NCBI GenBank assembly: GCA_050949565.1
Contig: JBMNFY010000001.1
Location: 226,033 to 290,032 of the forward strand
Length of the DNA stretch: 64,000 nt
Origin: Kiritimatiellia bacterium
Lineage (GTDB): Bacteria; Verrucomicrobiota; Kiritimatiellia; RFP12; UBA1067
Direction of reading: 5' to 3'
In this document: positions 1 to 10,347 of the stretch, piece by piece
Layout of the letters: each line of letters opens with the position of its first letter
Position numbering within the stretch: the stretch's first letter is position 1
Program-made: the position numbers and the translations under genes
Notes under the pieces: generated by a model
The model's input: the letters and a program-made list of their open reading frames with translations, nothing else
The model's database searches: none
Told to the model about the DNA's origin: nothing

Positions 1-4
1 GCTC

Positions 5-1726
5 ATGCGGACGGCATTGATGGTGTGTTTTGCTGGGTGGTGTGCGTGTTTGGCGTCTGGTGAGACTGTATACCGCCGCAGCATGGAGCGGGTGGCGAGC
101 ATGGATCCGGCCAATGCGGCGTCGATCTATGCGGCGCGTTCGTCGCAGCTCGTGTACGAGACGTTGCTGGAGTACGACTACCGCGCGCGTCCGTACCGGT
201 TGATCCCCGGTCTGGCGGCGGCACTGCCGGAGGTGCAGTCGAACGGATTGGTCTATGTGGTGCGGCTTGATCCTGAGGCGCGTTTTCAGCCGGACGCCTG
301 CTTCGGGCTGGATGCGGACGGGCGCGCGCGGGGGCGGGCGGTCACGGCGGATGACGTGGTGTTTTCGTTGAAACGGCTGGGGGATCGGCGCGTGGCGTCG
401 CCCGGCGAGTGGCTGGTGCTTGATACGATCCGCGGCATGCGGGCGTTCGCGGAGGCGTCGATGGGCGGCGCGGCCACGGATTACGCGCGTCCGGTGAGCG
501 GGCTGGAGGCGCTCGACGCGCAGACGGTGCGCATCACGTTGACGCGGCCGGCGCATCAGTTTGTCTGGTACCTCGCGATGTGTTTCACGGCGGTCGTGCC
601 GCGCGAGGCGGTCGAGCAGTACGGTGCGACGTTCGGCAGTCACGCGGTGGGCAGCGGACCGTACCGGCTGGCCGAGTGGCGGCGCAACCACCAGATGGTC
701 TTCGCGCGTGATCCGGCGTGGCGCGGCTGGCGCAAGGGGCCTGCGGCGCTGGTGCCGGGGGCGGACGAGGTGCCCTTTGACCGGGTAGTCTATTCGGTGG
801 TCGACGATGTGTCGACGCAGTGGCTCTGCTTTTTGGCCGGCGAGTTGGATTTCTTGGGCGAGGTCTCGCGTGACAATTGGGATGTGGTGATCGACGGTGC
901 GGGCGGTCTGAGCGAGCCGCTGAAGCAACGCGGCATCACGCTCTACTCCATGCCCACGCTTGAGGTCGCCTACATCGGCATCAACATGGAAGACCCCGTG
1001 CTGGGCTCAAACCGCGCGTTGCGCCAAGCACTCAACTGCGCGTTTGACAGCGCGGCGTGGGTGCGGTTTTTCAATCACCGCACGATCGTGTGCGACGGCC
1101 CCGTGCCGCCGGGCACCGATGGACGTTTGGAGACCCCGTTCCCGTACGCATACGATCCGGAGCGCGCGCGGGCGCTGCTGCGCGAGGCGGGGTATCCGGA
1201 CGGCATCGATCCGCAGACCGGCAAACGACTGGAATTGACCGTGGACTTGGGGCGCACCTCGCAGGATGCGCGTGAGTCGACAGAGCTGCTGGCTTCGTTT
1301 TACGGGCGCGTGGGCATTTCGCTGAAGGCGCAATATCACAACTGGCCCACGTTTCTGCGGCGCGTCTCCGAACGCCAGAGCCAGATGTTCCGTATCGGTT
1401 GGGTAGGGGACTATCCAGACGCGGAAAACTTCCTGCAGCTTTTTTACGGGCGCAATGTATCGCCGGGACCCAACCGCTGTAATTACGCCAATCCGCGTTT
1501 TGACCAGTTGTACGAAGCCGCTTGCGCGGCACAAGACGAGGCAACGCGCAACCGTTACTGGGCCGAGGCGCAAGAGCTGGTGCGCGAAGATTGCCCGTGG
1601 GTTTTTCTACACTTTCAAAAGGCCTACAGCCTTAGCCACGCCAGAGTGCGGAACTACATGCCGTCCGATTTTCCTTACGGAACGGAAAAATATCTGCGGA
1701 CACCGGTAGCGGGCGATGGGCGTTGA
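5..1726 (+). CDS. ABC transporter substrate-binding protein, family 5 (OppA/DppA-like)
   Basis: 573-aa ORF with signal peptide; SBP_bac_5-type motifs VYETLLEYD..LIPGLA, VTADDVVFSL, GSGPYRL, GWVGDYPDAENFL. Confidence 0.9.
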   Translation: MRTALMVCFAGWCACLASGETVYRRSMERVASMDPANAASIYAARSSQLVYETLLEYDYRARPYRLIPGLAAALPEVQSNGLVYVVRLDPEARFQPDACFGLDADGRARGRAVTADDVVFSLKRLGDRRVASPGEWLVLDTIRGMRAFAEASMGGAATDYARPVSGLEALDAQTVRITLTRPAHQFVWYLAMCFTAVVPREAVEQYGATFGSHAVGSGPYRLAEWRRNHQMVFARDPAWRGWRKGPAALVPGADEVPFDRVVYSVVDDVSTQWLCFLAGELDFLGEVSRDNWDVVIDGAGGLSEPLKQRGITLYSMPTLEVAYIGINMEDPVLGSNRALRQALNCAFDSAAWVRFFNHRTIVCDGPVPPGTDGRLETPFPYAYDPERARALLREAGYPDGIDPQTGKRLELTVDLGRTSQDARESTELLASFYGRVGISLKAQYHNWPTFLRRVSERQSQMFRIGWVGDYPDAENFLQLFYGRNVSPGPNRCNYANPRFDQLYEAACAAQDEATRNRYWAEAQELVREDCPWVFLHFQKAYSLSHARVRNYMPSDFPYGTEKYLRTPVAGDGR

Positions 1727-1762
1727 TTGATTTTTTCAGTTGTATAAAAGAGGAGAAAAAAG

Positions 1763-4700
1763 ATGCGCGGAAAGTGGCTTGGATTAGCGGTAGGACTCGT
1801 GGGGGGCGTGTGTGCCGCATGGGCGGAAGTGCCGTTGCGTGAGGACGCGCAAGGGACGCTATTCGGGACGGATCGTTTTGCGGTGCGGATTGACGCGCGG
1901 AACGGTTGGATAGCTGAAGTGCTGTGCGACGGCCAGCCGGTCGTGACGGCACCGGCGACCGCGCAGGCCTATGACATCCGCCAAGACGGGGCGTGGGTCA
2001 CTGGCAGCGGTCAGGCGATTGAGCGGCTTGGCGTTGAGCGCGTGTCGCCCGACACGATCCGCTGTCGGACGCGGGCGGGCACGTGGACGGTTGACGCCCT
2101 CCTCCAACTCGATCCTGAACGACGCAGCGTGCGCCGCTGGTTCGATGTGACGTGGCATGGCGCGTCGGCCACGAAGATCAAGTCCTTCTGGATACGCGGT
2201 GGCGTGTTGCCGCTTGCGGAGGACGGACGTTATCTGCTCCCCGCGCAGTATCCGCCGCGCAGCGTCGCGGCCGCTGAGTTGACGGCTGACCGCCGCACCG
2301 GCAGTTGGCGCAGTCCGTATGTGGTGATCGGCGAAAATGGCCGCGGCTGGTCGGTGATGTGGGCGCTGGATGAATTACAACCCTATGCCGACCGCGGCAG
2401 TACAGGCGTGGAGGAGGGACGCGGCGAGATCCGTATCACGCAATCTTTCAACATGCAGGGGCATGTACGCAACGGCGTGACGCAACGGGTGGGCGACTCG
2501 TGGCTCTGGGTGCAGCCGAACGATGCAGAGACGGCGCTGCGGCGTCTGCCCGAGTGGTTCGCCGCAGTTGGTCAGATGCCGCCGGAGGGGCGACCGGAGT
2601 GGCTCAAGCGCGTGATTCTCTACTCGTTTCATCCGGGTGGCACGATCGGCTCGAACTGCCGCGATCTCGGCGGCTTTCCTGCTGCCACTGCCTTGCTGCC
2701 GCATATCGACGGCTTGGGCTGCAATGCGATCTGGTTGATGCCGCTTGAGGATAAATCGATTTACTGGCCGCGTGACTACTACAAGTTGCAAGAGGGGATT
2801 GGCACACCCGATGACTTCAAGGCGTTCACGGCGCGTGCCCGTTCGCTTGGGATGCGCGTCTGGCAGGATTGCGTACCACACGGCGGTTGCAATGAGTATC
2901 CGCGCGCCAAAGAGCATCCTGAGTGGTTGGCGCAGAACGAGGACGGCTCGACGCTCCATTACTGGTGCTTTGATTTCAACTGGCCGACTTGGATCGACTA
3001 CATGCGCGGTGTGGTCTCCTTTTATATGCGTGAATACGGATTGGACGGATTCCGCATCGACGCATGCGGCGGTAGCAAAATCCCGAACTGGAATCCAGAC
3101 ATCCCGTATGCACGGGCCAGCCACGCACAGGCGCAGGGGGGATTCGCCATGCAGCGTGCCTTGCGCGAGGAGGTACGCAAGGTCAGGCCGGATGGCGCGA
3201 ATCTGGCCGAGGTCGGCGCGAGCGTGCATGGTGCGGTCAGCGATTCCACCTACGATTTTGAACTCTGCTACCATGTGCTGCATGATTTCCGGCGCTCACC
3301 GGCCGACGTGTTTGTGCCGCGCTTGCGCCGCTGGCTGCATGAACAGCAATACGCCGAGGTGCCGGACTTGGTACGCATGCGTCATGTGGAGAGCCATGAC
3401 AGCCTGCGCTCCGGTTTATGGTACGGCGCGGATGCGCAACGTGCGCTGGTGGCGTTGATCAGTTGGATACATGGCATCCCAATGGTCTATCACGAGATGG
3501 AGGACGGCCATTATGAAGCGTACCGCCGCATCTTTCATGTGCGGCGGCATGTGCCGGAGTTGAACACCGGAACGGCGGACTATTTGAGCGTGACCGCGCC
3601 GGACGGTGTGTTCGCGTGTCTGCGGAGCGGGGAGCGGTCCGCACGCACCGATGCGGCGTGGCATGATGAGTATGCTTGGGACACGCGGCCGAACGCTGCG
3701 GCGCGCGCGTCGGTGGTGCTGGTGAATCTGAACGGGACGGCGGTGACGGGTAGGGTGTCGGTGCCGAAGGCGAGCTTGCCTGCTGCGTTGCGGGATGCGG
3801 CATGGGCTCGGGATTTGATGAGTGGCGAGCGCGTGGCTTTGCATGAGGGTGTCTGCGAGGTGTCGCTGTCGGCGTTCGGGTACACGGTTCTGCGGTTGGA
3901 GAGCGCGACGTTGCCGTCGTGTACGCCGGTGCCGGAGGAGGCGGTGTCGAAGCCTGCCGTGGTCGCGCGCGCGGATGGCGCGACGCTGCGGGTCGGTCCG
4001 TTGGTGGCCGATGCCAAAACGGGATGGGCGTGTGCCTGGCGTACCGGATGGCGGCGCGAGACGCCGCTGGGCATGGACGTGGCGTTGCCTGCCGGTTGGG
4101 GCGCCAAGGCTGTGGCACCTGCCCGGTTGAACACCGTGACGGACGGCGTGGACGCCGAGTATGTGTGGCAGGGGAACACGCTGACGGTGCAGCAGCGTGA
4201 GGCGGATGACGGTGTAGAAATCAAGGCCGCGTGGCCGGATGGCGCACCGGTCGATGCGGCGTTGGTGATCACGCTCGACGAGGCGCGCGCCTGGTATGCA
4301 GATACGGCAGAGGGACGTTTCGAGAGTCCGTTCCGTGTGCGGCATCCGGACATGACGATGCTGGGTGTTGTCGGCTCGATCTACCGCTTGCCGCAGGGCG
4401 GTGCCGTGCTGTGGGACTCGCGTCGCCACCCCTTCGGCTTGGATGGCGCGCATGCCCGCGTAGGGGTTCGGTTGCCTGATGGGCGCGATCTTGCGCTGAC
4501 CTTTGATCCTGCGCGGTTGCCGGCTTCGGTACGGTTGTTGGAGCGCGTGGGCGAGCGGCACGGCTTGAACGTGGCCGTGGTGTGGCGCGGTGACGAGCAC
4601 GGCGTGACGTCAGGCGTGGATGAGGTGCGTTTCCATATCCGCTCCGCGCGCGAGCGTGAGGCGGTGTCGCCGGGCAGCGGCGATCCGCGCTTGATCGCGG

Positions 4701-5977
4701 TTGGCGGCGGTTGGCAGTTCGAAAACGCGCACTACCGCGCGCGGCTCAGTCGTGCCGGTACGCTAACCGGACTCTGGCGGCGTAACGGCGATGCGTGGCA
4801 GACGATCGTGCAGAAAGACGGCCTGTACACCGACAAAGGCTTCGCAGAAGACCGCAAGTACATCGCGCAGGAAAATGACGTGGAGGCTAGCGTGCGCATT
4901 GAGCCAGCGGGGGCGGACGGGATACGCCTGCGGGTCACGGGCGAGATGCGGGGCTTCGGACGGTTCGAGAAGTTGGGACATCCGGTGCGCTTCAACAGCG
5001 TCTTCGCGTTGGGGGAGGGGCCCGCGTTCCGCCGGTTCACGGCGTTTCAAAGTTCTGCGGCTACAGGTCGTGCCTTTCTTTCGCAGCGCACCGCCTTTGA
5101 AGGTGCGGCGCGCGCGGTCTTCAGCGATGCGGCGGGCGTTATCCTGTCACGCGATGCATACACCGCCAAAGCACGCACCTGCGAAACGGCGAAGGCGAAA
5201 GATCCGTCGCGGTTGCCCACCGATATCCGCATCGCGTGCGCGGACGGCGTGACAGTGCGTCTGGCGGACCTGAGATGGACCGGCGCGCGACCGGGCAACG
5301 TGTTCCTGCACGGTCAGGATCTGCATCTGGCGTGGCTGGATGGGGACACGGGCACGGCGGGGCCGGACATTTGGCACGGGGTTTCGATGAGCGTCTCGTG
5401 TGAAGAGGACGCGGTCGCCACGCCGGATGATGCGGCGCAAAGCATTGCGGCGGTTGCCGCTCCGGTCGGTTGGGTGCGGGATGGCAGTTTCGATGGGTAC
5501 GGGGCTAGTGGCGGGGCGTTGCGGCTGGTGCGGTCGGGGCTCGACTGGCCGTCGGAGCGGGCTGCGGCGCAGGTGAGTTGGCGTCTGCCGGAGGGCGCTG
5601 AGATTGTGCGTGAAGGGGGCAATCCATGTGCACGCGTCGATGGCGATGGGGCCTCCTATCGGTTGATTCATCAGACGCTGGCGACGCGGGCGCTTACGCC
5701 GGGAACCGCTTTACGGCTCACCGCCCGCATGCGCGGCGAGGAGGTTCAGAAGGGTGACGTCGAGTGGAAGACCGCCTGCCTGCGCTGGTGTGTGCAGACC
5801 GAGGGGCGTACGAATTATCAGACGGTCAGTTTGCCGGTGGGGGACAGCGCGTGGCGCGAGTACAGTGTGACGGTCACATTGCCGCAACAGTTCAGTAGTG
5901 TGGCGATAGAGGCCGGTCTCAATGGTAACCGAGGCCGGGTCTGGATCGACGACGTACGGGTTACGGAAGAGAAATAA
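1763..5977 (+). CDS. Large secreted alpha-amylase family (GH13) protein with extra beta-rich domains and a C-terminal CBM-like domain
   Basis: RBS GAGGAG, signal peptide; GH13 catalytic motifs GLDGFRIDAC, NLAEV, HVESHDS; C-terminal VRDGSFD...GRVWIDDVRV resembles a CBM4/9-type jelly roll. Confidence 0.8.
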   Translation: MRGKWLGLAVGLVGGVCAAWAEVPLREDAQGTLFGTDRFAVRIDARNGWIAEVLCDGQPVVTAPATAQAYDIRQDGAWVTGSGQAIERLGVERVSPDTIRCRTRAGTWTVDALLQLDPERRSVRRWFDVTWHGASATKIKSFWIRGGVLPLAEDGRYLLPAQYPPRSVAAAELTADRRTGSWRSPYVVIGENGRGWSVMWALDELQPYADRGSTGVEEGRGEIRITQSFNMQGHVRNGVTQRVGDSWLWVQPNDAETALRRLPEWFAAVGQMPPEGRPEWLKRVILYSFHPGGTIGSNCRDLGGFPAATALLPHIDGLGCNAIWLMPLEDKSIYWPRDYYKLQEGIGTPDDFKAFTARARSLGMRVWQDCVPHGGCNEYPRAKEHPEWLAQNEDGSTLHYWCFDFNWPTWIDYMRGVVSFYMREYGLDGFRIDACGGSKIPNWNPDIPYARASHAQAQGGFAMQRALREEVRKVRPDGANLAEVGASVHGAVSDSTYDFELCYHVLHDFRRSPADVFVPRLRRWLHEQQYAEVPDLVRMRHVESHDSLRSGLWYGADAQRALVALISWIHGIPMVYHEMEDGHYEAYRRIFHVRRHVPELNTGTADYLSVTAPDGVFACLRSGERSARTDAAWHDEYAWDTRPNAAARASVVLVNLNGTAVTGRVSVPKASLPAALRDAAWARDLMSGERVALHEGVCEVSLSAFGYTVLRLESATLPSCTPVPEEAVSKPAVVARADGATLRVGPLVADAKTGWACAWRTGWRRETPLGMDVALPAGWGAKAVAPARLNTVTDGVDAEYVWQGNTLTVQQREADDGVEIKAAWPDGAPVDAALVITLDEARAWYADTAEGRFESPFRVRHPDMTMLGVVGSIYRLPQGGAVLWDSRRHPFGLDGAHARVGVRLPDGRDLALTFDPARLPASVRLLERVGERHGLNVAVVWRGDEHGVTSGVDEVRFHIRSAREREAVSPGSGDPRLIAVGGGWQFENAHYRARLSRAGTLTGLWRRNGDAWQTIVQKDGLYTDKGFAEDRKYIAQENDVEASVRIEPAGADGIRLRVTGEMRGFGRFEKLGHPVRFNSVFALGEGPAFRRFTAFQSSAATGRAFLSQRTAFEGAARAVFSDAAGVILSRDAYTAKARTCETAKAKDPSRLPTDIRIACADGVTVRLADLRWTGARPGNVFLHGQDLHLAWLDGDTGTAGPDIWHGVSMSVSCEEDAVATPDDAAQSIAAVAAPVGWVRDGSFDGYGASGGALRLVRSGLDWPSERAAAQVSWRLPEGAEIVREGGNPCARVDGDGASYRLIHQTLATRALTPGTALRLTARMRGEEVQKGDVEWKTACLRWCVQTEGRTNYQTVSLPVGDSAWREYSVTVTLPQQFSSVAIEAGLNGNRGRVWIDDVRVTEEK

Positions 5978-5978
5978 A

Positions 5979-6016
5979 ACAGCGAGGCCGATCCCGGATA
6001 GGATCGGCCTCGCTGT
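5979..6016. terminator. Intrinsic terminator between convergent genes
   Basis: 16-bp perfect stem ACAGCGAGGCCGATCC / GGATCGGCCTCGCTGT with a 6-nt loop; T-rich tail on the minus strand. Confidence 0.8.
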
Positions 6017-6039
6017 CAGATCAAATCATGCGGGTGAGA

Positions 6040-6414
6040 TTACCAGCGGGTCTCACGGGATTCGCGACGCTCGCCACCACGCTCGCCGCCACGACCGCCG
6101 CCACCGCGACCGCCACGGAAGCCACCGCCACCGCCGCCACCGAAACCGCCACCGCCGCGGCGTTCTTCGCGCGGCTTCGGCTGCGACTCATTCACGCGCA
6201 ACGGGCGACCGTCCAACTCCTGACCGTTCAGGGCGTCGATCGCCGCCTGGGCTTGGGCGCGGTCAGGCATCTCGACGAAGCCGAAACCCTTGGAGCGGCC
6301 CGTCATGCGGTCGGAAACGACGCGCGCGGAAGCAACCTCGCCGTATGCGGCAAACGCGTTCCGCAGGGACTCATCATTCGTCGAATAGGCAAGATTGCCA
6401 ACATAGATGTCCAT
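6040..6414 (-). CDS. RRM-domain RNA-binding protein with glycine-rich tail
   Basis: RNP2 IYVGNL and RNP1 KGFGFVEM motifs, followed by a Gly/Arg-rich C-terminus. Confidence 0.95.
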   Translation of the reverse strand: MDIYVGNLAYSTNDESLRNAFAAYGEVASARVVSDRMTGRSKGFGFVEMPDRAQAQAAIDALNGQELDGRPLRVNESQPKPREERRGGGGFGGGGGGGFRGGRGGGGRGGERGGERRESRETRW

Positions 6415-6983
6415 GTCTCTGTCCTTCTCTCTCTACTTCACTCATGCCATGTTTGTTCATTGTCCGGCAGAACCGATTCCCATGGCCAAAACCGATCCCG
6501 TAGGCAACCTGCCTATCCTGCGCGGTTCACAGATGTAAACCTACGACAGTCCCAAATGTGGTTTCCGTTGGAATGCTGGAAGAGTCAGAAGGACGCGAGA
6601 ACGCTGAACCGCACGAGAGAGGCTGGCGTCATGACGAACCCAGGCTTTCTAGCCTCCACACTTCAAAAAGTCACCTGCCGCCCTGTTTCAGGCGTTTCCT
6701 CCATCACGACGAACTGAGCCCCGGAACCCTGCGCTCCGGGATAATGAAAAAATCAGCCGTTCTGCAATCAACACCGCTAGTATTGTCTTTTTTGTGACGC
6801 GATGTCAATACTCCGAAAAAATTATTTTTGTCCCCTTACCACGTACGTTCATGAAAACATGAGAAGAGAGAGTCACCGTGAACGTGAATCGCTAAGCCGA
6901 GCTAAAAAAACGGAAGCGGTTGTCAATGCGTGGCGAGTGTGGGATACTGAGCAGAAATTCTTTAAAAAAGAAAGGGGTGCTCA

Positions 6984-9290
6984 ATGACGATGACACGGCG
7001 TTTGGTGGCAGGTTTCATGATGGCGGGGTTGATTGTGGCGTGTACCGTGTACGGCGCGGGAACGCCGCTGCCGGACGAGGCCGGTAAAAAGGCCCCACTG
7101 GGATGCGAGCCGTTCCCTAGCCGGTTGTATCAGTTTGTGTGGCGCAACTGGACCGTGGTGCCGCAGACGAAGCTGGCCGAGGTCGTGGGCACGACGCCTG
7201 AAAATGTGGCGCAGGTTGCGACCTCGATGGGGCTGCCGCCGCAGGACGCGATCTTGCCGGCGTGGCAGGACAAGGGCTACATCACCGTGGTGCGGCGTAA
7301 CTGGCATCTGCTGCCCTATGACCAGCTTCTGACGCTTACCGGTTTCACGCGCGAGCAGTTGCGCTATGCGCTGATGGAGGATGACTTCCTCTTCATCAAA
7401 CTGGGTAGCGTCAAACCCGCCTGTCCGCCGCTGCGCTACACGCCGCCTTCCGAGGCTGAGCGCGCGGCTGCCGAACAACTCGCCGCCTGGCTGCGCGAGG
7501 AGGGCGTTGCGGATAGTCTGCGCCAGCCTGAAGAGCCGCGCTTCGCCTTTATTGATCGCCTCTCGCGACCTGATCCGGCCATCGTGGTCGCGCCGTCATC
7601 GGACAGTTCGCCTTTCGGTCTGCGTTTTATTTTCTCGTATTTTGCCGAGTATGGCGACCCGCTTTTCGATACCGAAGTTGCCTCCTATCCTGAGGGACTT
7701 TTGCAGCGTCTGGCGGCGGCTGGCGTGAATGGCGTATGGGTCCATACCGTGCTGCGCACGCTGGCGAAAGATCCCGCCTTCCCGGAGTTCGGCGAGGGGT
7801 GTGAGCGGCGGATTGCGGGATTGCGTAAGCTGGTGGCGCGCGCCGAAAAGTACGGCTTGAAGATCTATCTCTACATGAACGAACCGCGTACGATGCACCA
7901 CTCATTTTTTGAGGCGCGACCGGAACGCGCCGCCATGCGCGGGGTCGCCGCCGCCGGTGACACCGCGCGGCTTTGCACGTCGCACCCGGAGGTGCGGCGC
8001 TGGATGTCCGATGCCGTAGCTTCCGTGTTTACCCAAGTGCCGGGGCTGGGCGGCGTCTTTACCATTACCGCTTCGGAAAACCCTACCAGTTGCGCTTCAC
8101 ATCGGCAGCAGGCGCAGTGCGAGCGTTGTAAAGAGCGGTCGTATGCCGAGATCATTGCCGAGGTGAACGCGACGATCGCGCAGGGTGTGGCACGCGGCAA
8201 CCCTGATGCCAAGGTTCTGGTGTGGGATTGGAGCTGGGATGACACGCAAGTCGGCGAGATCATCGCGCGCCTACCCAAGAACTGCTGGTTGCAGTCGGTC
8301 AGCGAATGGTCGCTGCCGATTACCCGGGGCGGCGTCGCATCCACGGTCGGCGAATACTCCATCTCCTCCGTTGGGCCGGGGCCGCGTGCCAAGAAGCATT
8401 GGTCGCTGGCGCGCGCGGCGGGACTGAAAACATCGGCGAAGGTGCAGGTCGGCGCGACGTGGGAGTTCTGTTCTATCCCGTATCTGCCGACGCTCGACTT
8501 GGTGGCCGAACACGCATGCAATCTGGCCTCGGCTGGCGTGGACGGCGTGATGCTGAGTTGGAGCTTGGGGTGTTACCCTTCGCCCAATCTGGAGGTCTTT
8601 CAGGCTTTCACCAAGGAAACGGATGCGATCGGTCCGGTGTTGGACCGTGTGGCTGTCCGACGGTACGGCGCTGATGCCGCGCCGCTCGTGCGGCAGGCCT
8701 GGACCGCATTTTCGCAGGGCTTCCGCGAGTACCCTTATCACATCGGCACGGTCTACAACGGCCCGCAGCACATGGGGCCAGCCAACCCGCTCTATCTCAA
8801 GCCCACCGGTTATCGGGCCACCATGGTCGGCATTCCGTATGATGATCTCACGCGGTGGCGGTCGGTGTATCCGGCTGAGGTCTGGATCGCGCAGATGGAT
8901 AAGGTGCGTGCCGGTTTCGCGCACGGATGCGGGTTGTGGGGCAGTCTGTTGCCGCAGGTACAGGAGGCCGCGCGCGCCGAAGCCGGACGTGAGTTAGGAC
9001 TCTTCCGCGCTGCGGAATTGCACTTCGCCGCTTGCGTCAACCAAGCGCGCTTTGTCGCTGCGCGCGACCGCTTGCAGGCCGCCACGACCGATCCCGAACG
9101 CGCCATCTGCCGAGGCGAAATGCGGGCTGCCGCGCGTGCTGAGTTGGCGGTCGCCAAGCAGCTCCTGCCGTTTGTCAAGGCCGACTCGCGGATCGGGTAC
9201 GAGTCTTCAAACCACTACTTCTACATTCCGCAAGACCTGCTGGAAAAGGTACTTTGCTGCCGACAGGTGCTGACGGAGGTGCAGCCTTAA
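6984..9290 (+). CDS. Secreted hypothetical protein, possibly a glycoside-hydrolase-like TIM barrel
   Basis: 768-aa ORF with RBS, signal peptide and GVNGVWVH / LKIYLYMNEPR barrel-like segments; family not assignable by eye. Confidence 0.6.
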   Translation: MTMTRRLVAGFMMAGLIVACTVYGAGTPLPDEAGKKAPLGCEPFPSRLYQFVWRNWTVVPQTKLAEVVGTTPENVAQVATSMGLPPQDAILPAWQDKGYITVVRRNWHLLPYDQLLTLTGFTREQLRYALMEDDFLFIKLGSVKPACPPLRYTPPSEAERAAAEQLAAWLREEGVADSLRQPEEPRFAFIDRLSRPDPAIVVAPSSDSSPFGLRFIFSYFAEYGDPLFDTEVASYPEGLLQRLAAAGVNGVWVHTVLRTLAKDPAFPEFGEGCERRIAGLRKLVARAEKYGLKIYLYMNEPRTMHHSFFEARPERAAMRGVAAAGDTARLCTSHPEVRRWMSDAVASVFTQVPGLGGVFTITASENPTSCASHRQQAQCERCKERSYAEIIAEVNATIAQGVARGNPDAKVLVWDWSWDDTQVGEIIARLPKNCWLQSVSEWSLPITRGGVASTVGEYSISSVGPGPRAKKHWSLARAAGLKTSAKVQVGATWEFCSIPYLPTLDLVAEHACNLASAGVDGVMLSWSLGCYPSPNLEVFQAFTKETDAIGPVLDRVAVRRYGADAAPLVRQAWTAFSQGFREYPYHIGTVYNGPQHMGPANPLYLKPTGYRATMVGIPYDDLTRWRSVYPAEVWIAQMDKVRAGFAHGCGLWGSLLPQVQEAARAEAGRELGLFRAAELHFAACVNQARFVAARDRLQAATTDPERAICRGEMRAAARAELAVAKQLLPFVKADSRIGYESSNHYFYIPQDLLEKVLCCRQVLTEVQP

Positions 9291-9387
9291 CTTCCTTGAG
9301 ACTGCACCATAGGGTTAGGGGTTAAAATTTAGGATTTAGGAGTTGTGGTACGAATGAACTGTTGCGTGCAATCGCGCACGTTCTGTC

Positions 9388-9416
9388 TTGTCGTGGAGCA
9401 ATATTGATGCGATAAT
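9388..9416 (+). promoter_or_regulatory. Sigma70-like promoter, probably giving a leaderless mRNA
   Basis: TTGTCG-17 nt-(TGc)GATAAT, then 7 nt, then ATG 9424; no SD. Confidence 0.5.
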
Positions 9417-9423
9417 AGCGAAA

Positions 9424-10323
9424 ATGAAGGTGCTCTTCCTGTTTATCGATGGCGTCGGCCTACGCAGGCCCGCGACCGACAATCCGGTGCATGCGGGGAT
9501 CTGTCCGGCCCTCTGCCAACTCATTGAACAGCACTCGGTCACGATTGACGCTTGTCTCGGTATCGATGGATTGCCTCAGAGTGCCACGGGGCAGGCTACG
9601 ATGTTCACGGGGGTCAACGCTTCGCAGGTCATGGGGCGCCACTGTGAGGGTTTTCCGGGGCCCACCCTGCGGAAACTGATCGAAGAGGGCAATCTCTTTA
9701 TGGAACTGACACAGAAGGGGTTGCGCTGCCGGTTTGCTGACGCATATCTGATCGATAGCGTTGATGACTTAAGGGCCCGCCGTTTCAAATCCGTCACTAC
9801 GGTGATGGCGCTGACGCAGCCAGAAACGATCTCGGTTCAAGATGATCTGCTGGCCAATCGTGCGGTTTCGCACGATATCACGCGCCTCAGTTTTCGGGAA
9901 AAGGGATATGCTGTCCCGTCGGTGACGTCCCAGCAGGCTGCCGAGCATCTGATTCAGGTGGCGCTGGCGCACGACTTTACGCTTTTTGAGTTCTTTCTGA
10001 CCGATCTGGCCGGACACTCCCGAAATTACGACCTCGCCTGCGAGACCCTCAAGACGCTTGATCTGTTTCTGGATACGGTGGTCAAACTGAGCAAGACAAC
10101 CGGCCTGCTTTTGATTCTGACCAGCGATCACGGCAATATCGAGGAGATGGGGAGCCGTGGCCATACGCGTAACCCGGTGCCGCTCGCGGTGGTAGGTCCG
10201 GGCGCGGATGGACTCAAGGCTAACGCCAGCAGCCTCATGGATATCACGCCGCGCATTACGCGACTGATGGTGCCGGGCTATACACCGCCCTCGCGCACCG
10301 TGCAGACGGTGCCGTGGGCGTGA
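9424..10323 (+). CDS. Alkaline-phosphatase-superfamily metalloenzyme (iPGM/phosphopentomutase-like)
   Basis: LFLFIDGVG, GLPQSATGQ, TDLAGH, TSDHGNIE and HTRNPVP metal/nucleophile motifs; start moved to MKVLF. Confidence 0.85.
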   Translation: MKVLFLFIDGVGLRRPATDNPVHAGICPALCQLIEQHSVTIDACLGIDGLPQSATGQATMFTGVNASQVMGRHCEGFPGPTLRKLIEEGNLFMELTQKGLRCRFADAYLIDSVDDLRARRFKSVTTVMALTQPETISVQDDLLANRAVSHDITRLSFREKGYAVPSVTSQQAAEHLIQVALAHDFTLFEFFLTDLAGHSRNYDLACETLKTLDLFLDTVVKLSKTTGLLLILTSDHGNIEEMGSRGHTRNPVPLAVVGPGADGLKANASSLMDITPRITRLMVPGYTPPSRTVQTVPWA

Positions 10324-10347
10324 GAGCGAGAGGCGTTGCGGTCGTCG

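Noticed and set aside
6028-6717. 229-aa Ala/Thr-rich plus-strand ORF
   Set aside because: Antisense shadow of the glycine-rich RRM gene
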